From positions 1-58,860 of IMG/VR virus record IMGVR_UViG_3300045988_111499: 58,860 bases of DNA. One strand, written 5' to 3'. Below the pieces are notes generated by a model, which searched no databases, was not told where the DNA came from, and worked only from the letters and a program-made list of their open reading frames with translations. The first letter of the stretch is position 1; each line of letters begins with the position of its first letter. Source of the stretch: a virus. Below are positions 42,169-53,600 of this stretch, piece by piece. The translations under genes were made by a program, and so were the position numbers.

Positions 42169-42453
42169 ATGAGAACAACATCCGATGAACTTCTTGAAAA
42201 GTGCGGGCTAAGGTTCATTACGTCGCCAGAAGCGGATGAACTTGCGGGAGAATCCCCATGCATGAACTGCGCAAGAAAAGACTGCAACCTCAGCGGATTT
42301 TTCGAACTTGCAAGACGGAGTTTGTACATTCACGCGATGCTTGTACGCAAAGAAGAGGGATTTAGCTCGCTGAATGTGTTCACCGAAGCACTTCCCTTTT
42401 TGTTGATTGACTGCAAAGAAAGGATTGTACCGAACGAATGCACTGCAAAATAA
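42169..42453 (+). CDS. Hypothetical protein
   Basis: 94-aa ORF with ..CMNCARKDC... Confidence 0.4.
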   Translation: MRTTSDELLEKCGLRFITSPEADELAGESPCMNCARKDCNLSGFFELARRSLYIHAMLVRKEEGFSSLNVFTEALPFLLIDCKERIVPNECTAK

Positions 42454-42890
42454 GCGACTGCTTCAACTGCCCCTATCCCGACTGCATCAACGATACCTTT
42501 ACCTCGCCGAGGGAGTTTACGCCGGAGCAGAAGAAACGGCAGTGTGAGCTGAAAAAGAAAATGCTTGCGCGGCGAAGAGAGGACGGAGTGTGTATCTACT
42601 GCGGAAAGAAGCCCGCAGACAAAGGTTATAAATCCTGCATGGAGTGTCGGATAGAACGAACGAAGAAGAACCGCGAATACAGCCGCAAAACGGAAAGATT
42701 TACTCCGCGTGAACTGATGGACGGCGTAAAACTGTGCAAGCTGTGTGGGAAAAGACCGCCTGTTGACGGAAGAACGATTTGTGAAGAGTGTTTTAAAAAA
42801 TGCCTTGACAATCTTAATCACGCCGACAGCAAAGAGCAGCCGAACAACGGCTTTAGAGCATCAATAGAAGCGTACTGGAGGGGGAGATAA
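42438..42890 (+). CDS. Multi-zinc-ribbon-like protein
   Basis: Five or more CxxC pairs in 150 aa. Confidence 0.45.
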   Translation: MHCKISDCFNCPYPDCINDTFTSPREFTPEQKKRQCELKKKMLARRREDGVCIYCGKKPADKGYKSCMECRIERTKKNREYSRKTERFTPRELMDGVKLCKLCGKRPPVDGRTICEECFKKCLDNLNHADSKEQPNNGFRASIEAYWRGR

Positions 42891-43162
42891 TGACAAGGGA
42901 TGGAATTATAAAAATCTTAGACAGAGCCATGCAACGCTATGTCGAGCGGAATCAGCAGCTTTTCCTCAGCAAGGGAAAAACCGACAAGGAAATGTGGGAG
43001 GAGCTTGAAGCTATAAACAATGCGCGGTATATTCTCTCACGCTTGCCGCAGGTCGTGAATTGCCCTGACTGCGGGAGAATGTACGATACCGATTATCTTC
43101 ACTTCTGCGGAGGTGACGAGTGTGTGAGTGGAGGTGATAACGACGAAAACGGTAATGTTTAA
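42890..43162 (+). CDS. Hypothetical protein with CxxC...C..C
   Basis: 90-aa ORF. Confidence 0.45.
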   Translation: MTRDGIIKILDRAMQRYVERNQQLFLSKGKTDKEMWEELEAINNARYILSRLPQVVNCPDCGRMYDTDYLHFCGGDECVSGGDNDENGNV

Positions 43163-43529
43163 AATCGACTACCCGCCGTCCAAAGCCGGAAAGACCGCAT
43201 GGAACAGACGCTACGGGCTGAACGCATACTACGCGGGAAAGCATTGGGCGGTACGCAAAAAGGACGCAGAGTATTGGCACACAATAACCCGCGCCGCAGT
43301 CAGAGAGTGCATTAAAAAGCCTGTCATCCTTGACAATCCTGTCGTGATAGAAGCATATTTCAATGACAACATGGACGCAAGCAATCACGCAGCCATTTTG
43401 AAAATGGTGGAAGATTCACTCAAAGGACTGCTGATACATGACGATAACCGAAGATACGTCAAAGGCGTGTCAATGTTCTTCCACAACGAGGACTACATAA
43501 AAGTAATATTAAGAGAGGTAAGCGCATGA
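43155..43529 (+). CDS. rusA: RusA-like Holliday junction resolvase
   Basis: ..YPPSKAGKTAWNRRYG.. and DASNHAAILKMVEDSLKGLLIHDDNRRYV, compared with E. coli RusA [26 protein letters not shown]. Confidence 0.6.
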   Translation: MFKIDYPPSKAGKTAWNRRYGLNAYYAGKHWAVRKKDAEYWHTITRAAVRECIKKPVILDNPVVIEAYFNDNMDASNHAAILKMVEDSLKGLLIHDDNRRYVKGVSMFFHNEDYIKVILREVSA

Positions 43530-43897
43530 GCAAAGAAAACCGCGAAACAATCCTTAGTGAAGTAAAGAAGATAATCTGCAACGACCGTAACGAGCAGTAC
43601 GGCGAGCCGGAAGACAGCTTTGAAAAAATAGCGGATTACTGGACAACGTATCTCAAGCACAATTGCGTTGCACCCGACGCGGACTGTTGTTTATGTGCGC
43701 GAGACGTAGCTATATTGATGGTGCTGTTCAAGCTCGGTCGCATGGAGACAAGCTATTTCGCAAGCTACGACAGCTTTATAGACGCTATAGGCTATATGAC
43801 CTGCGCAACGGACTGCGAGTTTCCAAAGGCAAAGCTTAAAGAATACTATCCGACAGAAAGAAAATGCGTCTGGGGGGAAACCAATGCAGATAATTAA
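43526..43897 (+). CDS. Hypothetical protein (..NDRNEQYGEPEDSFEKIADYW.. family)
   Basis: 123-aa coupled ORF. Confidence 0.5.
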   Translation: MSKENRETILSEVKKIICNDRNEQYGEPEDSFEKIADYWTTYLKHNCVAPDADCCLCARDVAILMVLFKLGRMETSYFASYDSFIDAIGYMTCATDCEFPKAKLKEYYPTERKCVWGETNADN

Positions 43898-44066
43898 AAT
43901 AATCGTCGCAATACTGCTGTATGGGTATGCCGTCGGTTATTTCATCGGAGCGTTTGCACTATATGAAGCACCGAACGCAAAACCTGTCAAGCCGAAAATA
44001 AAGGCGATGATGTACGGACAAATAGCGGTTGAAATCATAGCCGCTACATTACTGCTGAGAACGTAG
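43884..44066 (+). CDS. Small membrane protein (2 TM)
   Basis: 60 aa and hydrophobic. Confidence 0.4.
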   Translation: MQIIKIIVAILLYGYAVGYFIGAFALYEAPNAKPVKPKIKAMMYGQIAVEIIAATLLLRT

Positions 44067-44076
44067 GAGATAAATT

Positions 44077-44196
44077 ATGCCAATAAGAGGAATTATCATC
44101 ATAACTATAGCTGCAGTTTTTCTCGGCTTGTTCGAGGGAGAAAACATAATAAACTTTTTCAAAAACTTAAACGACAAAGGAGATAACGAAAAATGA
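44077..44196 (+). CDS. Small membrane protein (39 aa, below ORF-track cutoff)
   Basis: ATG 44077 follows TAGGAGA. Translation is MPIRGIIIITIAAVFLGLFEG.... Stop overlaps the next start (ATGA). Confidence 0.35.
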   Translation: MPIRGIIIITIAAVFLGLFEGENIINFFKNLNDKGDNEK

Positions 44197-45239
44197 AACA
44201 GATTATAGGTGTAATAGTTACGGTATGTGCATCGGTTGCTTGTATAGTCGGCTACGCAGTAACACACGAAACCATTCCCGCCGGATATGTCGGCTACGTC
44301 TACGACAGAACGGCAACGGCAGAAGATAACGTAATTCCCGGTACATCAGTTCTTAATACAGAGCGTACAGGCAGAATTTCAATCAACCCCTTTACACAGG
44401 AAGTTATTACATATCCTACAACAATCGTCTCAAAGAACTGGACAGGCATCGGCGAGGGCGATAACAAGAAGGATATGTCAATGCAGATAGCTTCTCAGGA
44501 AGGTAAAAACATCGACGCGGATATCTATATAAGCGTCCGTCCGATAGATATCGAAAAAATTATAAAATCGTTCGGTACAAAGTCGTTTGATTCAATTATC
44601 GACAATGATATCTACGGACTTACAAAAGGCAAACTGTCGACCGTAACTCAGAACTATTCCGTTTACGATGTACAGGCAAGCCGAAGCGATATCCAAAATC
44701 GGGTTTTTGAAGTCCTTAGTAAGAACCTTGTCGAAACCTACGGTGTAGAGCTTGTCAGACTTGAAATCGGCACTCTGATTCTCCCGACAGATATAGCGGA
44801 AAAAATTGACAGAAAGACAGAAGCGCAGAATGAAGTCGAGCTTGCAAAGCTTGAAAGAGATAAGCAGGACGAAATCAATCAGCAGATAGTCGACGCGCAG
44901 AAAGCTCAGTCTGAAAAGGAACTGCTTCAGCGACAGACAGAAGCGGACGCAAAAGCCTACGAAATCACGAGAGAAGCAGAAGCCAACTTAGCCGCACAGG
45001 AAGCAGAACTTAAAATAGCAGCTTCAAAGGTTGAACAGGCAAGGCTTGAAAAAGAAGCCGAACTCGAAAAGCAGAAATCCTTTACAGATGAATACTTCCG
45101 CGATAAGGAACTTGACGTTCAGAAAGAAGCAGTAAAGGCAATTAACGGTTCAGTTAAAACGATTATCACATCAGGTGACGGCGAAGGTTACGGAGCATTG
45201 TTCGGAATTAAAGAAGTGTTGAACAACATTGAAGAGTAA
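44193..45239 (+). CDS. SPFH/band-7 (prohibitin-like) domain protein with N-terminal TM and C-terminal coiled coil
   Basis: ..IPAGYVGYVYDR...VELVRLEIGTLILPTDIAEKIDRKTEAQNE.. followed by E/A/K-rich helices. Confidence 0.75.
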   Translation: MKQIIGVIVTVCASVACIVGYAVTHETIPAGYVGYVYDRTATAEDNVIPGTSVLNTERTGRISINPFTQEVITYPTTIVSKNWTGIGEGDNKKDMSMQIASQEGKNIDADIYISVRPIDIEKIIKSFGTKSFDSIIDNDIYGLTKGKLSTVTQNYSVYDVQASRSDIQNRVFEVLSKNLVETYGVELVRLEIGTLILPTDIAEKIDRKTEAQNEVELAKLERDKQDEINQQIVDAQKAQSEKELLQRQTEADAKAYEITREAEANLAAQEAELKIAASKVEQARLEKEAELEKQKSFTDEYFRDKELDVQKEAVKAINGSVKTIITSGDGEGYGALFGIKEVLNNIEE

Positions 45240-45309
45240 AGTCGAAATTGAAAGGAAGTGTTGACTTATCGCAAATTTTAATTTTAACCGCGTTATCCTC
45301 GGAGGACGT

Positions 45310-45726
45310 TTGACGGCAGACCCCGAGCTGAAAACCACACCGTCCGGAATTTCCGTAACATCATTTACCGTTGCGGTCAACAGACGTTACTCCGGCAAAG
45401 ACGGAGAGGAAACTAAAGCGGACTTCTTCTGCGTAACCGCATGGCGGCAGACGGCTGAATTTATCACGCGCTATTTCAGAAAAGCAAGTTCCATCTGCGT
45501 AGTCGGAACTCTTCAGACAAGAACATGGACTGACCAGCAGGGGCAGAAGCGTTTTGCTACTGAAATTGTCGCTGACGAAGCACATTTCGTTGACGCGAAG
45601 TCGGAAATGCCGCAAGCCGCTCCGCAGTCAAGCTACATTCCCGACGCATACACCCAGCCGAAAACAGCCACCACCACACCTGTATTCGAGGACATAAACC
45701 CCGATTCGGAAGTCCTGCCTTTTTAA
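45310..45726 (+). CDS. ssb: Single-stranded DNA-binding protein (start uncertain; homology extends upstream to about 45265)
   Basis: OB-fold pattern ..RLTADPELKTTPSGISVTSFTVAVNR.. with acidic tail ..DSEVLPF. The in-frame NRVILGG segment lies upstream of the first canonical start. Confidence 0.8.
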   Translation: MTADPELKTTPSGISVTSFTVAVNRRYSGKDGEETKADFFCVTAWRQTAEFITRYFRKASSICVVGTLQTRTWTDQQGQKRFATEIVADEAHFVDAKSEMPQAAPQSSYIPDAYTQPKTATTTPVFEDINPDSEVLPF

Positions 45727-45732
45727 AGCGAG

Positions 45733-45945
45733 GTGCATATGATAGAGTGCATAGAAACGTGCGAGCATATGCAGAGCGTGTTCCCCGATTATCCGTGTGG
45801 AAGAGAAAACTGTCGTTTCAAAGGAGACAGCGAGAAAGCGAACGCTTGTATATGCACCGTGCAGTGTCCGTTGTTTGACGCATGGTTTTCGGAACACTGG
45901 CACAGAATACAAAAAAACGCACAATACCTGCGCAAAAAGGAATAG
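45733..45945 (+). CDS. Cys-rich small protein
   Basis: 70 aa with 8 Cys. Confidence 0.45.
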   Translation: MHMIECIETCEHMQSVFPDYPCGRENCRFKGDSEKANACICTVQCPLFDAWFSEHWHRIQKNAQYLRKKE

Positions 45946-45951
45946 AGAGAG

Positions 45952-45980
45952 AAGAGCCGATTAGTTTCGGTTCTTTTTCT
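45952..45980 (+). terminator. Rho-independent terminator ending the early operon
   Basis: AAGAGCCGA-TTAGTT-TCGGTTCTT followed by a T run. Confidence 0.7.
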
Positions 45981-46067
45981 ATACATTGCAATATACAAAA
46001 TATTAATGAATTTAGAAATATTTCATAAACTCGCGTCTTTTGAGTGGTGTTTTGTAGTATTTTGGAA

Positions 46068-46096
46068 ACAATTGCTTAATAGTTTTGTGATATAAT
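46068..46096 (+). promoter_or_regulatory. Extended -10 promoter candidate (TGaTATAAT at 46088-46096; weak -35)
   Basis: Read directly in the AT-rich gap before 46137. Confidence 0.4.
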
Positions 46097-46136
46097 AAAG
46101 CAACATCAAATTAATAATTTTATACGGAGGTCTTTA

Positions 46137-47594
46137 ATGGCACAACAAAAAAAGTATAACCCCTACGATGATGTAGCGGGAGTAGTCAACATGAAGTCGA
46201 GATACAACCAAGGCAAAGCGACAGGCGACCCGAATTACCGCTCATATAACGAACAGGCAAAGCAGTATTACGATAACCTTGTAAGAAACGGCATGGGAAG
46301 CGTAGCAGATGAGCTTCACGCAGTGGACTACGACCAAGCCGTAGATATCTTAAAGAGATATTCACCCACGCCGGACTATGAGGACTTCTATTCCGACCTC
46401 GCCGCAACAACGATTAATAACGCGCAGAATCCGCAGTCTTCAGATACCGTGAACAGAATACTGAACTCGTTCACCAATACCGATAACCTTCTGAACGGAG
46501 AGATAAAGTACGACAGCAACGGAAATGTTATCGGCGGACTTAACACAGACCACTATAATACCGGCAAGAACCAACTCGACTACCTCAACAACTTCGACGT
46601 AACCAAGCAGAGCTATTACGAGCCGATTATGAGCGAGTATAAACTCAAAGGCTATAACGCCGCGCAGGGTGAATACGCAGACACAGGCGCAACAAACGGC
46701 GGTAATATAGATTCGTACGCGGCAGCTAACGCCAACAGACAGCAGCTCGCTTTCACTAACGCCGGAATGAACGCCGCCCTCGCACAGGCTAATCAGAACC
46801 AAGGCAACTGGCAGGCACTCTACGACAGCATGACGGGACACCTCGGCAATATGGGTACAATAAATTCAAATAACCTCGCGACAGGCGCGAATATCTATGC
46901 AACGGATTCAGCAGAGAGACAGAACGCGGTAAATAACGCAACAGCCCTCGCACAGCAGGAACAGCAGAACAGAATCAATCAGTATGTGACCGACATTGAA
47001 GCCGCTATGAACAAGGAGAACAACAACACCACGCTGAAACAGGCGCAGATGAACTCCGACCTGCAGAGATATATAGCAGAACTTGAAGCAACAACAGGCA
47101 GACAAGCAACGGCAGCAGACCTTGAAGCGGCAAGAATAGCGGCAGAAGCCGACAAGTACGCATCTGACAGAACGCTTGAGGGAACGAAGTACAAAGTAGA
47201 CGCGGATAAAGTAAGCAGTAACGTTAAACAGCTTCTTAAACAGCTCGGCTATACAGTATCAAGCGACGGAACGGTTTCCGAAAGTGCGTCAGGAAGCGAG
47301 GACGGTTCTACAACAGAAGATATTATTACAACGATAATTTACAATATTGAAAACGGAGACGCGCCGGACGGAGTAACAAGTTACGATGAACTGAGAGACT
47401 ACCTTATCAGAAACGGACTTCCCAGAAGTGAGGTTGTCAAGGAAATAAATTATTGGAACAGCGACAAAGGCAAGCCGAATATATTTGATACAGTAAACAT
47501 ACAGGGCAGAACTATTCCGAGGTACAAACTGAATCAATATATGAGCCAGTACGGAATATCAAGCGACGACCCGTCAATCGGCATAAGAAAATAA
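46137..47594 (+). CDS. N/Q/A-rich 485-aa protein, first gene of the giant-ORF unit
   Basis: RBS ACGGAGG. Low-complexity N/Q-rich centre. Likely virion-internal or accessory, which is inference. Confidence 0.65.
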   Translation: MAQQKKYNPYDDVAGVVNMKSRYNQGKATGDPNYRSYNEQAKQYYDNLVRNGMGSVADELHAVDYDQAVDILKRYSPTPDYEDFYSDLAATTINNAQNPQSSDTVNRILNSFTNTDNLLNGEIKYDSNGNVIGGLNTDHYNTGKNQLDYLNNFDVTKQSYYEPIMSEYKLKGYNAAQGEYADTGATNGGNIDSYAAANANRQQLAFTNAGMNAALAQANQNQGNWQALYDSMTGHLGNMGTINSNNLATGANIYATDSAERQNAVNNATALAQQEQQNRINQYVTDIEAAMNKENNNTTLKQAQMNSDLQRYIAELEATTGRQATAADLEAARIAAEADKYASDRTLEGTKYKVDADKVSSNVKQLLKQLGYTVSSDGTVSESASGSEDGSTTEDIITTIIYNIENGDAPDGVTSYDELRDYLIRNGLPRSEVVKEINYWNSDKGKPNIFDTVNIQGRTIPRYKLNQYMSQYGISSDDPSIGIRK

Positions 47595-47611
47595 CAGAAT
47601 GAGGTAATTAT

Positions 47612-50600
47612 ATGGCGACAAAGAAATATAAGAACTCAGAACTCGGAGAACTCGGCAAATATCTTGAGGAAAGTTCTAAGAAGAAAGAAACTGACAGCAG
47701 CAATGCATCAAGCGCATTGTCAAACTCTTCTTCGGTGCAAAGATACGACAATCTCGGCGAAAGTCTGAATAACTATTTACAAAAATCAAGCGGTGTAATC
47801 AGAAAAAACGACTATGTAAATGCGCTCAATGCGCAGAGAAAGGCTATAGGTGCGGCAGTAAAGTCAGCCGTGAATTCCGCTACTTCTTCAAGACTTCCAT
47901 CGGAAATAAGCGATGCGGAAAGAGAAGCCATTGCCGAAACAACAAAGATAGCAAGGTTCAAGGAATCCGAAAGAGAGGAAGCCGCAAAAAGAGCGAAACT
48001 CAACTGGAAAAGACAGACTTCACCTGTGGTGAACGACTTAAACGATGTTACTGATGCGATAGACTATGTTTACAAGTCACAGCACAATGCAGGCATACAA
48101 GGATGGGAAGACATGGTGGGCGGCATAAACGCCATAGGCGCAGGTGTTTTAGGGGGCGTGAAACAGCTCACCAGTGCAATTAGCGGAGACGAGACAGCAC
48201 AAAAAGCAGTGTTAAACGATACTGCCGGTGCGTGGAGTGACGCGTTTAAAAAATCGTATGCGGATTATGTTAACAAAAACTCTTCAGAGGATGCAAGCGC
48301 GGCGGCACAGTATGAAATAGAACGAACTCACCCAAAGCAGGCTGAAAAGGGAAAATATTCTGTTACTCAAATAGCAAAGAACGTTACAAGCAACGCGGCA
48401 AGAATGGCTCCGCAGATTGCTATGTCAGCCGCTACGGGTAAGTTGGCTGGTGATTTAGCCGGTCGAATAGTAGGTGCTACATTGCTCGGCGCGCAGTCCT
48501 CGGTCGGCTCATACCGCGAAGCCAAGGAGGAGGGTGCAAGCGACAGACAGGCAGCGGACTTCGCCGGTCTTGAATTTCTGAACCAAGGCTTTGGTGATAT
48601 TGTGATTGGCGGTATAGGTGGCGCGACGTTCGGTTTGCTCGACAAACCAATGTCAGTGCTTGCCGGAGCAATCACTAAAACTCCAATCGCCAAAACAATC
48701 ATTCAGGCGAGCGGCAATATAGCCGGAGAAGGATTGGAGGAAACCGGGCAGAACTACCTGACTACGCTTAACAAGCGATTGACGTATAAACCCGACGATG
48801 AGTTTGATGTTGATTCAGCGGTATATGAGGGTGTTCTCGGAGGCATCAATGCCGCAATTCTCGGCACTCCCAAAACGTACAGCCAGTACAAAGTCAACCG
48901 CGCCGCGTATGATACCGTCAACAGTCTTTCCACAGCGGCAAGCAGAGTCAGCTCGGAGCAGGACGCAAAAGTCATTTCCGATATGGCAGACCAAATATCA
49001 AAAGGTGCTGATGAAGTCATAGCAGATTCCAAAACAGAAACAGCCGACAAAGCAAACGCCGAATATATAAAGCGCGGTGTAGAAGAGGTAAAGAAAAAGC
49101 TGAACGAGAACTCCGCAAACATCGTAAAAAACAATCAGTCTGTTTTGGAGAAAACACAGGAAATAATCAGAACGCATAAGACAAGCGATGCAGAATCTCT
49201 CTCGGAACTTGTCAATGCAGTCAAAGAATCCGGATATGGCGGAAACAGTAATAACGCCGTAAACAATACCGTCGACTATGTAAACGAACTCATAATAGAA
49301 CAGAATCAAGTGGCAAAAACAGCTGAAAGTATTGCTTCTATGCAGGACGGTCAGATATCGGAAGACGCGCAGACAGCGGCAGTTCAAAAACAAAAAGCCA
49401 ACGAAGCACTTGAATACACAAACACTGTAATTCCGCAACTCAAGAGTATCAGCGAAAACCTACGTTCCAAAAGAAGCGAGATTAACGCCCGTCTCAAGCT
49501 CGACGAAAATACAGAAACAGCGGCAACTCAAGATGTAAAGCAGGAAGTCAATACTCAAACTACAGCCACAGATACATCGGCGAATGCGACAGCCGAAGCT
49601 CAGCAAACCCAAACAAATACCACAGAGCGCGTCAGCAACAGCGCATACCATTCAGAAACCGCAGAGAATATCCGTAGCACTTACGAAGGCAGGAACATAA
49701 AGGAGACAGCAGAGAACATTATCAAGGCTCACGGCAATGTCAGAAGTGCTGTAGACTATGTCCATGATGTTTACGCAAAAAGCGGAGGTTCTAATGCAGA
49801 CGCGTCTACAAAAGAATATATCCGCGCACTTGATAGTGAAATCAGAAAAGCAAACAAACCTCTTCTCGAAAAGAACATAAAGAGAATAGAAACGCTTCTC
49901 AAAGAGTACGGTGTAAAGAATGTTGAAATAGACGAAAGCATTACTCCGTTGACGGATGACGGTAAATCCGTGTGGGGAATGGCTCATTATAACCGTGGCA
50001 CAGGAAGGATATATGTTTCTCCCTACGCAGACGGCAAGGCAATAATCGGCTCTAAAATCGTCCATGAATTTACCCACCATGCAGCAAAAGCCGACAATTC
50101 TCTTGTGGGTGACATTCTAAAAGCCGCAAGAGAATCAAAAGTCTTCAACAAGGAAATAAAGCTTGCTGATGGAACAACCACAACCACCGTCGACAATCTC
50201 ACGCGCCTTGTGAAAGAAAACTACGCCGATGAGATAAACGAATACATTGCAACCTCAACAAACCTCTCGCGCTACAAGGTGCTTGTCGGAATGGGCAAAT
50301 CAGAAGCAGATGCCGCCAGAATTGTTGCAGATGAGTTCAAAGCGTCTCATGCGGAAGAATACAACAGCATAGTTGACGAATACGTAAATGAAGATACTGC
50401 GGCTTATGTTATGGAATTTCTCAATCAAGAAAAAAACGAGGACATTCTGTCTCAGCTGATTAAAGACAATCGCCCTCTTTGGAAGCGTATTCTTGACAAG
50501 ATTGAAGATTTCATTGCAAAGATAACCGGCAAAACCGAAGCAAGAGAATATCAGAAAGCCGCCGACAAAATAAGAGAAATTCTCGGAAACGAAATCGACG

Positions 50601-53600
50601 CAAAGGTAGAAAACACAGGCTCTTTCAAGGCTATTCAGCAACAGATTAAAAACGGCAACTCCAAAATAGGAAACACTCCCGATGGAAGAAAGTTCTCTAT
50701 GGAGCTGAATGTAGATGAATCCAACGGACTTTTCGCAATTCACAATCTCACAGCAGACAGTTTCATGAAATCATATGAACTCGGTGGATTTGCTATGCCG
50801 TCTATTGCAATTGCAAGAAGCGATGTGGGTCATTCCAATTTCGGAGATATCTCTCTTGTATTCGCTTCCGATACAATCAACCCCGCAAACCCGGACAACA
50901 AGGTTTATTCGGCTGATGCATGGACACCGACATTCCCCAAGATAGAATACGAAGCAAACAGCAAAGTCACAGATAAACTGCGCGACAAATATTATGAGCT
51001 TTACGGAAAGTTCGGTCATGAAAAAATCTCCGCTTTATATCCTTACGGAAATTACTTTGAAGAGCAGCTCAATACAGACGGCGGTGTTGACGGTATAATC
51101 TCAAAGCAAAGCAACAATCCGCAGATGATGCAGGTTTATCTTGCCGACACACAAGGAAAAACTGTTGATTCTGTTGTCAAAGAAACAAAAACTACACTTC
51201 CGTCAGAACAGGTAGAACAGTCTGAATTCATTATTGATAAGCTCGGTGCAGATACTGTAAATGAAATGCGTCCGCAAGCCAATGAATCTCCCATAAGCGC
51301 ACGCAAGAGATGGATGAGCGAACACGGAGATGCTTTCAAAGCCGCATACACCGATTATTTGATGCAGTCGGGACTTACCTCAGAAGAAGCACAAAACGCG
51401 ATAGACAATATGACTAAAGCGCAGTTGTTATCTCAGATGGTTAAAGCACGTAATTACCTTGCGAATGGTGCTGAAACTGTAAAATCAGAAGTAGATACAG
51501 AAGCTACCAACAACGCTATTAAAGAAGCTGTAAATCAAGAGGATTACTTGAAATGGCTTCACAGCCTTTTTGACGGCGGCGAAAAAAAGTCAGGCGTTCC
51601 AAACGGCAAAGAACCGTATACACGCAACGGCAATCAACGCCCTTTCTCTGCAACACATTATCCCGTCACGCTTGATAATATAGTTCTCTCGATGAAGTCA
51701 CAAGGAGACGGCAACACCAAAAACGCAACGTCAGTATTTGTCGGCTCAAAGACAATCCGTGCGGAAAGCGCAGCAGAGTACAGTTCTCTCGATGAAATAA
51801 GAGCCGATAAAGGCAGACTTGCTCATAGAACCCCGGAAGAAGCAAAAGCTGCATGGGATGAGTTTGATAACCGTTTGTCCGCTATCATAAACAGAATAAT
51901 GGATGCGGAGAGCGGAATCGACAACCGTTTCATCGAGCAGGACAGAATAGGCTCTGTTCTCGCGGAAGCTTCAAGGAACAATACCGAAGCCAACATAAAA
52001 AAAGTCCTTACTCAATATAAGCTCACTCCGACAGTAGCAGCAGATTTCAAGGCACTTGTAGACGATATCAAGTCCGCGCCGGTTGACATCTTTGAAGCAA
52101 AGCCAGAAAGAGTGGTAGGGCTTGACGAAGTAAAGTATGCCATAGTTCCGTCAGACATAAACTCCGACGTTACAACAGCACTGAATAACGCCGGAATAGA
52201 AACCAAAACATACGAAAACGGCAACGAAGCGGACAGGCTGAAAGTTCTGAACACGCTATCCGACGTAAGATTCTCGAAGCAGCTTGACACAGACACCTCT
52301 TCCAAAATAACGCAAGCCGACGTAGAACAGCTCCGTTCAATCGGAAGAAAAAGCATATTCGAATTTACATCAGAGGATATTCAGAAGTCCGAAAAATGGG
52401 CGAAAAAGTTCTACTCAGAACTCGGCACAAAGTCTCCGTTCTTCCGTGCATGGTTCGGTGACTGGCGTGAGAATGATACTGGGACATACAAAGCCGTCAA
52501 AGCAAGTGGCAGCTCTTATAGCGGTGCCGGGCGGGCGCATAATACAGATATGGGCAGGGACATTTCATGGGGGAGTTCTTTAACAAGAGAAACCCAAAAC
52601 CACGCTGTTAAATCCAAAATTGCCGTGTCTGCATTAGGCGATATTCAGAGTGTAGTAGAAAACTCTATATACTTAGACACAAACATTTCTGAAAAGTCAA
52701 GCAATACTAAAATGCAGAACACAGCTTTCATGCATAGTTTGTATACAGTTTATGAGAGCAACGGACAAAAATACTTGCTTAAACTCTTTGTGGAAGAAGC
52801 ACTTCCAAATAAAGGCGGAGAACCGTTCTCAAGAGCATATGAATTAAAAGATATAGAAAAAATAGCCGATTTATCTGGCGGTGTTCTCTCACAAAAAGGA
52901 GGCTTAACCGAGGATAAATCGACTACCAGTATCAGTATATCCGATTTGTACGCACTTGTCAAGGGCTACGACAAAGATTTTAAGTCTCAACCGTCAAGCA
53001 AAGTCGTGAACACAGACGGCACGCCTAAAGTTGTATATCACGGAACAACGGCAAACTTCACTGAATTCAAACCAAGCAACGGCGCACTCGGAAAAGGAAT
53101 ATATTTCACGGATTCCAAAGACTTCGCGAAAGGCTATACATACCAAAACGGAGTGGCGGTCGGAAACGTCATGGAATGCTATCTCGATATAAAGAATCCG
53201 TACATAGTGAAATATGCCGATAACTACGATACAGATGCATTGAGAGAAAAAGGTTACGACGGAATATTGCACGAAGCAACCGGAATGTACGTAGCATTCG
53301 ACCCGACGCAAATAAAGTCTGTTGACAACATCGGGACATTCGACAAAGGCAAAGGCGACATACGCTACTCCAAAGAGCTAATGACGGCAGAGGAAAAGAA
53401 GAAAGTCCGCCAAGCAGAAAGAGCGGCATATCTTGAAAGACAGCTCGTCTCAACCGCACCGCTCGGAGGAAAGGCAAAAGCCGTTTCTCCGACAGCAAAA
53501 GCCGCAGTAGCAAAGAAAATAGCGTCAGGTATGCCCGGCGTATCGACAGCTCAGGTAAACGAACAGCTCACAAAGTTCTTTGAGGTTATCGAACACCCAA

